Of a stretch of DNA of 64,000 nucleotides, positions 19,133-28,215 are shown one piece after another (position 1 is the first letter of the stretch; the number at the start of each line of letters is the position of its first letter). Below the pieces are notes generated by a model, which had not been told where the DNA came from, did not search any database, and worked only from the letters and a program-made list of their open reading frames with translations. The position numbers and the translations under genes are program-made. Source of the stretch: a virus; the IMG/VR virus record IMGVR_UViG_3300045988_091501, positions 46,226 through 110,225 of that record; one strand, given 5' to 3'.

Positions 19133-19672
19133 TTACTTTACTTGCATATTCAAATTAGTTACAATCTTAGCACCATTGATTGCCTTACCACTTTTAATGT
19201 CTTTCTTTAATGCGGTCTTATCTGCTGATACTTCAACCTTTTCCTTGATATATTCTTTAGGCAATGAATTAATATCATATACATCAACAGAATCGGATTT
19301 ACGATATGACAACTTCATTCTAGGTGTTTCCATCTTAAATTCATTAAGACCTTTTGTATCAACAACACCGTCTTCATTAGTATACTTCATACGGATATAA
19401 TTGTCAATACGATTCTTAATACGTTCAGCTAAATTTTCCTTAACTTTTCTACGTTGTGCAATGTTCTTTTCTTCTGTCTTAAATGCTTCAATGTCTGCTT
19501 GTAGGTTCTTGTAGAAACACATTGAGTTCTCAATCTTTTCATTTAAAGCCATTTGAATTTCATCAAACTTAGCGTTGAAAGATTCTTCGTCAAGCAACTC
19601 TCCGGTGTCGGGGTCACACATATAATCTTCTAATACTCTTAGCTGATAATCAATTTCATATAAATTAGCCAT
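19133..19672 (-). CDS. Gp157-like protein
   Basis: Start MANLYEID with aaaggag RBS. The coiled-coil pattern resembles the siphovirus Gp157 family. Confidence 0.5.
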   Translation of the reverse strand: MANLYEIDYQLRVLEDYMCDPDTGELLDEESFNAKFDEIQMALNEKIENSMCFYKNLQADIEAFKTEEKNIAQRRKVKENLAERIKNRIDNYIRMKYTNEDGVVDTKGLNEFKMETPRMKLSYRKSDSVDVYDINSLPKEYIKEKVEVSADKTALKKDIKSGKAINGAKIVTNLNMQVK

Positions 19673-19685
19673 AATTTCTCCTTTC

Positions 19686-19919
19686 TTAAATAGCAAATTT
19701 TTTCATTTCATTATAGAAATGAACAATTTCATCTTCATTTACCGAATGAATAACTACCATTGTAGGTTGAGTAAAGTCTAAACTTAAAACACCTAATAGA
19801 CTCTTTGCATTAATAACATAATGGTCTTTAATCATATCAATATTTGATTCAAACGATGTTGTGATCTTAATAAACTCCTTTAAATCTTCATACTTTAGTT
19901 TAATCTTTATACCATTCAC
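19686..19919 (-). CDS. HPr/Crh-like protein lacking the His15 region
   Basis: Probable GTG start 9 nt after AAGGAGG-type RBS. FESNIDM..VINAKSLLGVLSL aligns to the HPr segment around Ser46. No GIHARPA-type His motif is present. Confidence 0.45.
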   Translation of the reverse strand: MNGIKIKLKYEDLKEFIKITTSFESNIDMIKDHYVINAKSLLGVLSLDFTQPTMVVIHSVNEDEIVHFYNEMKKFAI

Positions 19920-20310
19920 TACAATCAACTCCTTCCTTAATTTTTGCATGAACCCATTTTGTAGTATTTGTGCTATTCCAAGAAGTCCCTCCATTGTCAA
20001 AAACGGTTATCATGTTGTTTTCTTTGTCATATCCTGCAAAATGTTTTTTGACATTTTTATTCTCGTGAAAATCCCAAACATAAATAGGTGTATCAACAGG
20101 AACTTTATTCCAATCAATTTCACGTTCTTTATATTCTGAATTAGCCCACTCTGCAAATTGTTCCGAGCAACCATATGGTTCTATATTAAATTCACAATTT
20201 GAACAATCTGTCCCTTTACAAGGTCGTAAATGACCATTTTGTTTTGCTATCTCTTGACCACTACATACAATATCAAGAATTTCCTTCGCATACTTTTCTC
20301 TGTTTAACAT
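19900..20310 (-). CDS. Cys-rich hypothetical protein
   Basis: ATG at 20310 lies 8 nt after AAAGGAG. Contains CKGTDCSNCEF. Confidence 0.6.
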   Translation of the reverse strand: MLNREKYAKEILDIVCSGQEIAKQNGHLRPCKGTDCSNCEFNIEPYGCSEQFAEWANSEYKEREIDWNKVPVDTPIYVWDFHENKNVKKHFAGYDKENNMITVFDNGGTSWNSTNTTKWVHAKIKEGVDCSEWYKD

Positions 20311-20314
20311 AATA

Positions 20315-20752
20315 TTATCTCCTTTCATATTGCCAACCATTATTAGTTGTATAATAAATATTTCTTATACCAAGTTCTTCAAGTCGTTTAGAACAAGCAT
20401 TGCATGGTTTTGTAAGCCGTGTAAGTCTTTTACAGCCTTCTTTTTTTTCGCTATACACAAATATACTGCACTTGCTTAAATCACCCTTAAATGACCTTGT
20501 AGCGTGTTGTAGAGCCATAATCTCAGCATGTAAACAAGGTTCATGTTCTTCACTAATATACTCTCTTTCTCCACTGTGTTCTCTATACTTATTGTATCTC
20601 ATTTGACAAGGATGAGTTTTTTTAGTGTTCCATCCTATCCCTACAACCTTGTTTTTATACATTATGACAGAGCCTATATGTATATTCTTTTTATTGTAAT
20701 CACTAAATTTACTTGCACTTTTGGCTAACTTAAATCCACGTTCTATGTTCAT
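20315..20752 (-). CDS. dCMP / cytidine deaminase family protein
   Basis: HAEIMAL and PCNACSKRL zinc motifs. ATG at 20752 follows AAAGGAG. Confidence 0.8.
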   Translation of the reverse strand: MNIERGFKLAKSASKFSDYNKKNIHIGSVIMYKNKVVGIGWNTKKTHPCQMRYNKYREHSGEREYISEEHEPCLHAEIMALQHATRSFKGDLSKCSIFVYSEKKEGCKRLTRLTKPCNACSKRLEELGIRNIYYTTNNGWQYERR

Positions 20753-20776
20753 AATTATCTCCTTTACTATGAACAT

Positions 20777-20805
20777 ATTATACCATAGAATTATTAATTT
20801 GTCAA
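20777..20805 (-). promoter_or_regulatory. consensus sigma-A promoter
   Basis: Minus strand TTGACA-17-TATAAT with TGG extended -10. 25 nt from the -10 to the deaminase ATG. Confidence 0.75.
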
Positions 20806-20876
20806 CCTATATTTGTTAATCATAATACACACATAGTCCTCTAGTATTATGGTTTAATTTTCTAATTTTTGCCTTG

Positions 20877-21266
20877 TCAAATATATTCTCCTTTTACATG
20901 ACCACTTAACACACCTTTAGATTGCAGATATTCCATCCATTCTTCAACTTGTTCAAAGGTGATTAAAGCTGGTTCAAATGTAGGATTTTTGTGAAGCATA
21001 TACTGATAATCGTAAGGCTGGCAAAAATCTTCATCTAATACATCAATGCGAATATCTGAACCGTCTTTAGGAATTGATACACTAAATGAAATATCAAAAC
21101 CTCTATATCTTTTTGTTTGTGGAAATTTAATAGGTCTACAAAAGTACCAACTTGGTTCATAATGATTAGTAAAGCCAATTTCTTTCATTTCTTCTTCTGA
21201 TAAAATATGTGCTTTGATTTTAGCGTTTACTCCATGACTATTTACTTCTACTTTTTCATCAAACAT
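20877..21266 (-). CDS. hypothetical protein
   Basis: 129-aa ORF with AAGGAGG RBS. Confidence 0.7.
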   Translation of the reverse strand: MFDEKVEVNSHGVNAKIKAHILSEEEMKEIGFTNHYEPSWYFCRPIKFPQTKRYRGFDISFSVSIPKDGSDIRIDVLDEDFCQPYDYQYMLHKNPTFEPALITFEQVEEWMEYLQSKGVLSGHVKGEYI

Positions 21267-21273
21267 AAAATCA

Positions 21274-21309
21274 CCTCCTTTATGATATGTATTATACCAT
21301 ATAAGGAGG
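21274..21309 (-). terminator. SD/anti-SD hairpin spanning the -10 box
   Basis: Minus-strand RNA CCUCCUUAU ... AUAAAGGAGG (7-9 bp with one bulge). The 3' arm is the RBS of 20877-21266. Confidence 0.45.
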
Positions 21310-21319
21310 CAATTGTCAA
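21291..21319 (-). promoter_or_regulatory. consensus sigma-A promoter
   Basis: TTGACA-17-TGGTATAAT. Confidence 0.75.
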
Positions 21320-21322
21320 GAA

Positions 21323-21829
21323 TTAATATAATTCTTTTGCTAAAATTATTTTTTCAGATTTGATTGTTTTATTTACATCAATAATCCTCTGATTAGAAGA
21401 GCCTATAAGATGTAATTTATAATCTTTAAGAGAATCAATAAATTCCCCATCAATAAGATAATCAACAAGTCCTTCACGCAAACAATCTCTTGGAACATCT
21501 TTAATTATAAGTTGCTCATAGGTGTAACCACTCCATACAAATATTGGTTTACCAACTTCATGCCTCAGTCTTTGTAAAAACCAATAAAAATGTTCCCCTT
21601 GGTCAAATGGTTCACCACCTAAAATAGATACGCAGTCAATATATGGGCTATTACACAAAGAAATAAATTTATCTTCTATTTCTTTAGTCCATTCTTCTCC
21701 ACCTTTAAAGTCCCAAGTTTCTTGATTAAAACAACCTTTGCAATGATGAGAACAACCTTGTACAAATAAAGAACACGCTATACCAATACCATTTACAACA
21801 TCCATATCTCTGATACTTGCATATCTCAT
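21323..21829 (-). CDS. nrdG: anaerobic RNR activating protein
   Basis: Radical-SAM CSHHCKGC cluster. ATG at 21829 follows AAAGGAG. Confidence 0.85.
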   Translation of the reverse strand: MRYASIRDMDVVNGIGIACSLFVQGCSHHCKGCFNQETWDFKGGEEWTKEIEDKFISLCNSPYIDCVSILGGEPFDQGEHFYWFLQRLRHEVGKPIFVWSGYTYEQLIIKDVPRDCLREGLVDYLIDGEFIDSLKDYKLHLIGSSNQRIIDVNKTIKSEKIILAKELY

Positions 21830-21832
21830 AAA

Positions 21833-21879
21833 AAACATCTCCTTTCATAGTATATATTATACCATAAAAAGAGATGTTT
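21833..21879 (-). terminator. SD/anti-SD hairpin with the -10 box in the loop
   Basis: AAACAUCUCUUU ... AAAGGAGAUGUUU (one bulge) followed by a U-run and the nrdG ATG. Confidence 0.5.
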
Positions 21880-21884
21880 GTCAA
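21856..21884 (-). promoter_or_regulatory. consensus sigma-A promoter
   Basis: TTGACA-17-TGGTATAAT, directly after the nrdD stop. Confidence 0.75.
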
Positions 21885-21889
21885 TGATT

Positions 21890-24058
21890 TTATTTAATTT
21901 CGTGATTATCTAAGTGAACAAATCTGTGAGCTATTTCATCTGTTCTTCCATCATTCCAAAAATTACTTCCAATATAACCGCAAGTACGTCTGGCTACATT
22001 CATCTTGCTATGGTCACGATTTTTGCAATTAGGACATTCCCAAATTAATTCTCCATTTTCATCAATAATTTTAATTTCACCATCATAACCACATACTTGA
22101 CAATAGTCAGATTTAGTATTGAGTTCAGCGTACATAATATTATCATAAATAAATTTTATAATATTAAGCACTGCTTGAACATTATGTGTTAAATCAGCAC
22201 ATTCAATATATGAAATTGCACCACCCAATGACAGCTCTTGAAATTTTGATTCAATGCTTAATTTATCGAATGGATTGATTTCTTCAAACACTGGAATATG
22301 ATAACTATTAGTAATATAGTTTCTATCTTTTCCGTCTAACTTAACAAAAATATCATTACCAAATCTTTCTTTTAACTTCTTAGCAAATTTATAAGTAGTG
22401 GATTCAATAGGAGAACCGTATAATGAATATCCTAAGTTATCTTGTTTTTTCCATTGCTCGCACTTGTTGTTTAAATACTGCATAATTTCAATCCCAAAAG
22501 AATGACCTTTATCATTGTTTGAATGTGATTGTTTTGTCATATATTTAACACATTCATATAAACCAGCATAACCTAAAGAAATGCTTGAATAACCACCGAA
22601 CAACAATTTATCAATAGGTTCATGTTGATTTAACCTTGCTAATGCTCCATCTTGCCATAGAATAGGTGCTACATCACTAGAAGTTCCTAATAATCTTTTA
22701 TGCCTTAACATTAAAGCCCTATGACATAACTCACAACGGTCTTCTAAAATATTCCAAAATTTATCCATATTTCCCTCGGAACTAAAAGCAACATCTGGTA
22801 AATTGATAGTTACTACACCTTGATTAAAACGACCATAAAATTTATAATTCCCTTGTTCATCTTTCCAAGGGGCTAAAAACGAACGGCATCCCATGTTAGG
22901 GAAACAATTACCTTCTTTTAATTCTTTCATTTTCTTTTCAGAAATATAGTCTGGAACAAGTCTTTTAGCCGTACATTGTGCCGATAGTTTTGTTAAATAC
23001 CAATAAGGAGAATTTTCGTGAATATTATCCTCTTCAAGAACATATAATAATTTTGGAAATGCTTGGGTTACATAAACTCCAACTTTATTCTTCATTCCTT
23101 GAATACGTTGTTTTAAAAATTCCTCAATAATCATAGCAAGTTCTTGCTTGTATTCTTTTGTTTCTCCTAAGTACATAAACACACTTAAGAAAGGAGCTTG
23201 TCCGTTTGTCGTAGACATACTGTTTATTTGATAATTAAATGTTTGCACACCATCTTCAATTTCTTTTGTTAAATCTTCCATTGCATATTTTTCTGCTTCT
23301 AAGTTGGTATTCCCACGTTTTATGTATTTATTATATGCAATATCATAACTATATTTAACAAAGGGTGCAAGATGAGATAAGCTAATGGTGCAACCACCAT
23401 ATTGTGAACTAGCGACTGCTGTAATAATTTGTGTGGCAACAGTGCAAACAGTCAAAAATCTATGTGGTTTATCAATACGAACTCCGTTAATAACTGTTCC
23501 ATTTTGCAACATATCTTCAAGATTGATTAAATCGCAATTATGCAAAGCCTTTTGACCAAAATAATCCATATCGTGAAAATGAATTATTCCTTCTTCATCG
23601 GCTTGTAAAATGTCTGGTGGCATAAGAAACCTTTTTGTAATATCTTTACTTATAATCCCAGCCATGTAATCTCTTTGAGTTGTAGCAAGTTCAGCATTTT
23701 TATTAGAGTTTTCTTTGTTTAAATATTCATTAGTACCGTTTAATAAATTGATTAAATCTTCATCTGTACTATTCTGAACATATCTTTGATATTCTCTTAC
23801 TTGTCTATAGCCCTCATATGCTTTTGCAGTATTTTTTTGTTTATATTTAATCAATTTATCAAATACCATTGATTCAATAGTATAAATTTCTACTTCTTCA
23901 ATTTGTTTTTGTAATAATTCTTGTTCGATTTCTTCTGCAATTCTTAATGCAATTTTTTCTTTAATGCCTTCTCCATATGGCATTGCTTTCATAATCGCGT
24001 TAGAAATTTTTTCTTTATTAAAAGGAACTTCCGTACAATCACGTTTAATTACATTCAT
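21890..24058 (-). CDS. nrdD: anaerobic ribonucleoside-triphosphate reductase
   Basis: 722 aa. ATP-cone N-terminus, C-terminal CQVCGY..CPNC zinc site and RRTCGYIG glycyl-radical motif. Confidence 0.9.
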   Translation of the reverse strand: MNVIKRDCTEVPFNKEKISNAIMKAMPYGEGIKEKIALRIAEEIEQELLQKQIEEVEIYTIESMVFDKLIKYKQKNTAKAYEGYRQVREYQRYVQNSTDEDLINLLNGTNEYLNKENSNKNAELATTQRDYMAGIISKDITKRFLMPPDILQADEEGIIHFHDMDYFGQKALHNCDLINLEDMLQNGTVINGVRIDKPHRFLTVCTVATQIITAVASSQYGGCTISLSHLAPFVKYSYDIAYNKYIKRGNTNLEAEKYAMEDLTKEIEDGVQTFNYQINSMSTTNGQAPFLSVFMYLGETKEYKQELAMIIEEFLKQRIQGMKNKVGVYVTQAFPKLLYVLEEDNIHENSPYWYLTKLSAQCTAKRLVPDYISEKKMKELKEGNCFPNMGCRSFLAPWKDEQGNYKFYGRFNQGVVTINLPDVAFSSEGNMDKFWNILEDRCELCHRALMLRHKRLLGTSSDVAPILWQDGALARLNQHEPIDKLLFGGYSSISLGYAGLYECVKYMTKQSHSNNDKGHSFGIEIMQYLNNKCEQWKKQDNLGYSLYGSPIESTTYKFAKKLKERFGNDIFVKLDGKDRNYITNSYHIPVFEEINPFDKLSIESKFQELSLGGAISYIECADLTHNVQAVLNIIKFIYDNIMYAELNTKSDYCQVCGYDGEIKIIDENGELIWECPNCKNRDHSKMNVARRTCGYIGSNFWNDGRTDEIAHRFVHLDNHEIK

Positions 24059-24243
24059 CTAATCCATATCTCCTTACAATCTTCTTCATCATTACTTTCC
24101 ATAAATTCCATTTGTAATAATTCTTCATCTATTTTATCATAATCATTTAGCCCATATTCCTCACATCTTATCTGTCCTCCTTCAAACCATAATAGAGCAA
24201 TTTGTTCATATGGTTGCTCTAATAAATACTCCTTTAGTGTCAT
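24055..24243 (-). CDS. hypothetical acidic protein
   Basis: 62-aa ORF, overlap-coupled to nrdD. Confidence 0.55.
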   Translation of the reverse strand: MTLKEYLLEQPYEQIALLWFEGGQIRCEEYGLNDYDKIDEELLQMEFMESNDEEDCKEIWIR

Positions 24244-24263
24244 TAGTAATTATATCCTCCTTT

Positions 24264-24974
24264 CTATTTATAAAATGTATGACCACTTTCATCTGTGAAT
24301 TGTTTAGTCCAACCATTCCATTCATTAGGACTACAATCACTTCTGAAAGCAACACAACCGTTAGTAGTGTCTTCTACCATGTAAGCATACAACAACGCAT
24401 ATACAGTTGAATCACTAATATTATCACGACCATAAGCAAATTGATTCTTTTGTGTAATCAATTCAACAGGATCAGTTGGAAATTGATCTGATTCAATCCT
24501 GTTTAAGATTACATTGGCAACGTTTACTTTACAATCAAAACTTGCTTCATGTGCTTCGGTTTCAATACATTTAAGCATCATGGTAATTTCACTCTCTGTA
24601 AACACATCATAAGGTGTTTCTGGTAAATCATCAAACTCGTAAATGTTGAACAATGCGTTGTAATATAACTGAAACCATACATATTTATCTTGGTCTTTGA
24701 TGCTTTCAATTAAATATAAGAAATGCAAACACTCTTCATTTTCTCGTTCACTTTGATTATACTCCATTTCAGAACATTTGTCAACATATTTATCATTTAG
24801 TTCATTATAGTTAATGCTTGACCTTTCAATATCCCCTTGTAAGCTCGTATTAGCCGATTCTAGGGCTTCAATTTGTCCTTGCTTAGACTTTATTGTATAG
24901 CCCATAATCATTAAAATTAGAGTCAATAAAACGATTCCTACACACTGAATAATATTATACTTCTCTATTTTCAC
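24264..24974 (-). CDS. membrane-anchored SleB-like cell-wall hydrolase
   Basis: GTG start 9 nt after GGAG. N-terminal TM, coiled coil, and C-terminal ETEAHEAS..VANVILNRIESDQFP..QKNQFAY (Hydrolase_2-like). Confidence 0.55.
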   Translation of the reverse strand: MKIEKYNIIQCVGIVLLTLILMIMGYTIKSKQGQIEALESANTSLQGDIERSSINYNELNDKYVDKCSEMEYNQSERENEECLHFLYLIESIKDQDKYVWFQLYYNALFNIYEFDDLPETPYDVFTESEITMMLKCIETEAHEASFDCKVNVANVILNRIESDQFPTDPVELITQKNQFAYGRDNISDSTVYALLYAYMVEDTTNGCVAFRSDCSPNEWNGWTKQFTDESGHTFYK

Positions 24975-24990
24975 TTTCTTCTTCTCCTTC

Positions 24991-27261
24991 TTAGTCTACT
25001 TGAGTAATAGGAACTTTTGCTTCTTCACATCTCGTCATCAGTTCTTTTAACCATGTATCACGTTCAGCATTGCCATCAATCAACAAAGCATCATTATATG
25101 TAGCCATATCACCAATATCAATTTGCATAATTTTAGAACGTGTATCAGCAACATATAATAGATTTCTATTTAACATTCTTTTGTGGCTAGGACTAACTAC
25201 ATTTAATACATATTTAGCCTCTGACCCTTGGCTTGCGTGGACACTAATACAATATGCTAACAATAAGTTTTGTAATTTAACTTTATCAAACACAATCAGT
25301 TCTTCATCAAACTGAGCAACAAGTTTCTTATCATCAAGTTCTCTAATAATACCATCTTGACCATTAAATACACTTGTTAAAGCAACGTCATCTAAACTTA
25401 ACATATTATCAGATTGTTCAATTTCTTTCCAAGAATCATATGGCAATGCTTGGTAGTCATTTTTCTTATTTAGTAATTTATCCCCAACTCTGAAAGAAAT
25501 TGTGGTTTTGTCTTTATCGACTTTTCTATCTAAGTGCATTTCATTAGGCTTTGGAGGATTGACTTCTGCTTGAATTGCATTGTTAATTCTATATGAACCT
25601 TCATCTCCTACATTAAACGGACTTAAACAAAGTATATCATGTGGCTTAACCCCTTTAGACAATAGTTTATTGTACTGTTCTACAATGGTGTCAAAAATAT
25701 TATCAGTTTGAACAAATTTGTAATTGTTATACACACTATACTCATTGTTATGTACTTTTACTATATCATTATCAAAGAACTGCTTTCCTTGTCTTACGTT
25801 TGTGGCAACAAATATGCCACCATCGGTATCATATCTAAAGATTTCATCAAGAGTAATCATAGGAACTTTGCCGCTATTGATTAAATCATTAAATACACAA
25901 CCAATTCCTACTGGCATTAACTGAGCTGGGTCGCCAACAAGAACAACTCTGATATTTGGATTCTCAATTACATTTAACATCATAAGAAAAGTAGGTAAAT
26001 CTGTCATACTCATTTCATCTACAATTAAAACGTCAGTAGAAATTTCACCATCTCTCAATGCTTTTCTATGAATAGTGCTTGCTCGACGATTAACGGACTC
26101 TGTAATTCTACGTGAAGCCTTCCCAGTCGGTGCTAATAAAGTATAAGTCATTCCATTGCTTTCCATTAGTTTAATAATTCCACGAATTGAAGTCGTTTTA
26201 CCGGAACCGGAATATCCTGCTAGAATCATAAAATTATATTTACAGAACATTTCAAGTGCTTTTCCTTGTTTTTCGGACATTGTAAAATCATCAATAGTAG
26301 TATATTGTGTCCAATCAATATCAAGTTGTGTGCTATTTGTAATCTTGTCTTTCACAAAATCAGCAACTTTACATTCGCCTTGATAAGTAGACATAATGCT
26401 TAAATCTTTTGACTTCTCATCATAATAGAATAAATCATTATTCATTGCGGTAGGAACAATTAAAGGTTCAAGTTCAGGCACATTATACTCTTCCATGATA
26501 TAATAATATAAATCATTTCCATTAAGTCTTGTACTGCCCTCTTGTTCATTTCTTTCCAACACACTTAAAATCAAATAAGCGCATCTCATTTCACTTACTT
26601 TTAAGTCTTTTCTTAATTCCATAATCGCTCTATCAGCAAATTCAAAAGAACGACCAAGTGTTGAGATTAAAACTTTATAAGGATTGGATTGAATTTCTTT
26701 TGCAATATGTTCTTCATCAAGATATTCTTCAATTAACTTCTTGCAGTCACTTACATCAAATTTGTAATCCTTGAAATGTTGAATAATACCAAGATACTTA
26801 TATTTTTCAAGTAAGTTTCTTGCATAAGCACCAAGATACACTTCTCCGACACCTTTGATTCTACTTACATCAATAACATCTTTGCCTTGAGTTAAAATCA
26901 ATTCAATGAAATCAGGATATGCTTCTAAGATATTATCAGCAATTCTTTCACTTGTAGTACAATCCATAAGAATTTCTTTCTTTTGGTCTAAAGTAAGCGT
27001 TGACACATCAAAGTTGCTCATAGATGGAACTGATAAAATTTTATACGTTCCACCGTATCTTTTGTCATAGGCAATTTCTTCAATTTCAATTTCATAGTCT
27101 TTATTTTCATCTATATATGAATCACCACCTTTCGTTGAAAAGGTAAAGTAAGGACTTAATTTGACACTATCATTGTGGTCAATAGGACTCCATGAAAATA
27201 TTCTATAATCATCTTTCTTAAAACAACATTTTACACATCTTGCTTTTAATGTAATACTCAT
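24991..27261 (-). CDS. RecD-like SF1 DNA helicase
   Basis: GYSGSGKTT (Walker A), LIVDEMSM (Walker B), VGDPAQL, ISVHASQGSE. Confidence 0.75.
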   Translation of the reverse strand: MSITLKARCVKCCFKKDDYRIFSWSPIDHNDSVKLSPYFTFSTKGGDSYIDENKDYEIEIEEIAYDKRYGGTYKILSVPSMSNFDVSTLTLDQKKEILMDCTTSERIADNILEAYPDFIELILTQGKDVIDVSRIKGVGEVYLGAYARNLLEKYKYLGIIQHFKDYKFDVSDCKKLIEEYLDEEHIAKEIQSNPYKVLISTLGRSFEFADRAIMELRKDLKVSEMRCAYLILSVLERNEQEGSTRLNGNDLYYYIMEEYNVPELEPLIVPTAMNNDLFYYDEKSKDLSIMSTYQGECKVADFVKDKITNSTQLDIDWTQYTTIDDFTMSEKQGKALEMFCKYNFMILAGYSGSGKTTSIRGIIKLMESNGMTYTLLAPTGKASRRITESVNRRASTIHRKALRDGEISTDVLIVDEMSMTDLPTFLMMLNVIENPNIRVVLVGDPAQLMPVGIGCVFNDLINSGKVPMITLDEIFRYDTDGGIFVATNVRQGKQFFDNDIVKVHNNEYSVYNNYKFVQTDNIFDTIVEQYNKLLSKGVKPHDILCLSPFNVGDEGSYRINNAIQAEVNPPKPNEMHLDRKVDKDKTTISFRVGDKLLNKKNDYQALPYDSWKEIEQSDNMLSLDDVALTSVFNGQDGIIRELDDKKLVAQFDEELIVFDKVKLQNLLLAYCISVHASQGSEAKYVLNVVSPSHKRMLNRNLLYVADTRSKIMQIDIGDMATYNDALLIDGNAERDTWLKELMTRCEEAKVPITQVD

Positions 27262-27524
27262 TTTCTACTCCAATTCTCTAAATAATTAGCTATTTCTGTT
27301 ATGTTATTTCTTGATTCAATATACTTGTCTATACTTTCTTGAATAAATTGAATAACAGCTTTTGGGGCACAAGAAATTTTTACTGAACTCATATAAGAAT
27401 CATATGAACGTATTGTAGTCCATAGAAACTTCTTTTTTACTTTTACATCACATTGCACTCCTAAACTATCTGCGTTAATATTTACTTTAAAAGTATAACC
27501 ATCTTTCTTTATAATCTTAGTCAT
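27258..27524 (-). CDS. hypothetical protein
   Basis: 88-aa ORF, ATGA-coupled to the helicase gene. Confidence 0.6.
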   Translation of the reverse strand: MTKIIKKDGYTFKVNINADSLGVQCDVKVKKKFLWTTIRSYDSYMSSVKISCAPKAVIQFIQESIDKYIESRNNITEIANYLENWSRK

Positions 27525-27690
27525 AATATTTATATTTATTCTCCTTCTTTTTATTTACAACTTTAAATCCTTTTCTTGCTTTATATTTATCACAGGTCTG
27601 ACATAATTTCTTCTGTTCAGCATTTCTTCCTTTGTCACATTTACCTTTACAAATATAATAGATACAAGGTGCTAATCTTTCTTTAGACAT
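27517..27690 (-). CDS. 57-aa Cys-rich (zinc-ribbon-like) protein, absent from the ORF track
   Basis: MSKERLAPCIYYICKGKCDKGRNAEQKKLCQTCDKYKARKGFKVVNKKKENKYKYYD. AAAGGAG RBS. First gene after the promoter at 27720. Confidence 0.6.
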   Translation of the reverse strand: MSKERLAPCIYYICKGKCDKGRNAEQKKLCQTCDKYKARKGFKVVNKKKENKYKYYD

Positions 27691-27693
27691 AAA

Positions 27694-27743
27694 AAATATC
27701 TCCTTTCATTGATATAGTAATTATACCATGAAAGGAGATATTT
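27694..27743 (-). terminator. 16-bp perfect SD/anti-SD hairpin with the -10 box in its loop
   Basis: 27694-27709 is the exact reverse complement of 27728-27743. The 3' arm AUGAAAGGAGAUAUUU is followed by UUU and the ATG. Confidence 0.6.
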
Positions 27744-27748
27744 GTCAA
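27720..27748 (-). promoter_or_regulatory. consensus sigma-A promoter
   Basis: TTGACA-17-TGGTATAAT. Confidence 0.75.
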
Positions 27749-27756
27749 GTAAAAAT

Positions 27757-28212
27757 TTACCATCTTAATTCAAAATATTTATTATAAATCTTATTCCATT
27801 CTGCTTGTGTAATTCCACCTCTATCATATTTTTCTTCTAAATTATAAAGGCATTGTGCAAGATAACGGTCTGTATGCCAATTACTAAATAAAGGCTCATA
27901 TTCATTGTTGATAAGTACACTTAATTGTCCCCCAAATGTGCTTGATACAGATATTCTACCTTTTAAGTATTGACATAACTTGGCTTTGGTCTTATCAGAA
28001 ACATTGTAGCCACGTTTCTCCATTTCTGTAATGACTAAATTACAATACAATCTAAAATGATCCAAGTCATAATTCATAATAGGATTGATAAGAATTTGAT
28101 TAGTTGCCCCTTTTTCATAAATATCTTTAGCAATAGCAACACATTCTCTTAACTGAGAACACAACTGTTGTCTAGGTAATACATCTAACAAATCATAATG
28201 CCATAATCTCAT
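27757..28212 (-). CDS. DenV / pyrimidine-dimer glycosylase-family protein (TIGR02328-like)
   Basis: The N-terminus MRLWHYDLLDVLPRQQLCSQLREC matches the MRLWH..LP.QQL..QhREC signature from memory. Confidence 0.5.
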   Translation of the reverse strand: MRLWHYDLLDVLPRQQLCSQLRECVAIAKDIYEKGATNQILINPIMNYDLDHFRLYCNLVITEMEKRGYNVSDKTKAKLCQYLKGRISVSSTFGGQLSVLINNEYEPLFSNWHTDRYLAQCLYNLEEKYDRGGITQAEWNKIYNKYFELRW

Positions 28213-28215
28213 ATT

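Noticed and set aside
20875-20880. An additional minus-strand TTGACA overlapping the stop of 20877-21266.
   Set aside because: No TATAAT-like hexamer lies at 16-18 bp. The nearest (CATAAT) is 23 bp away.
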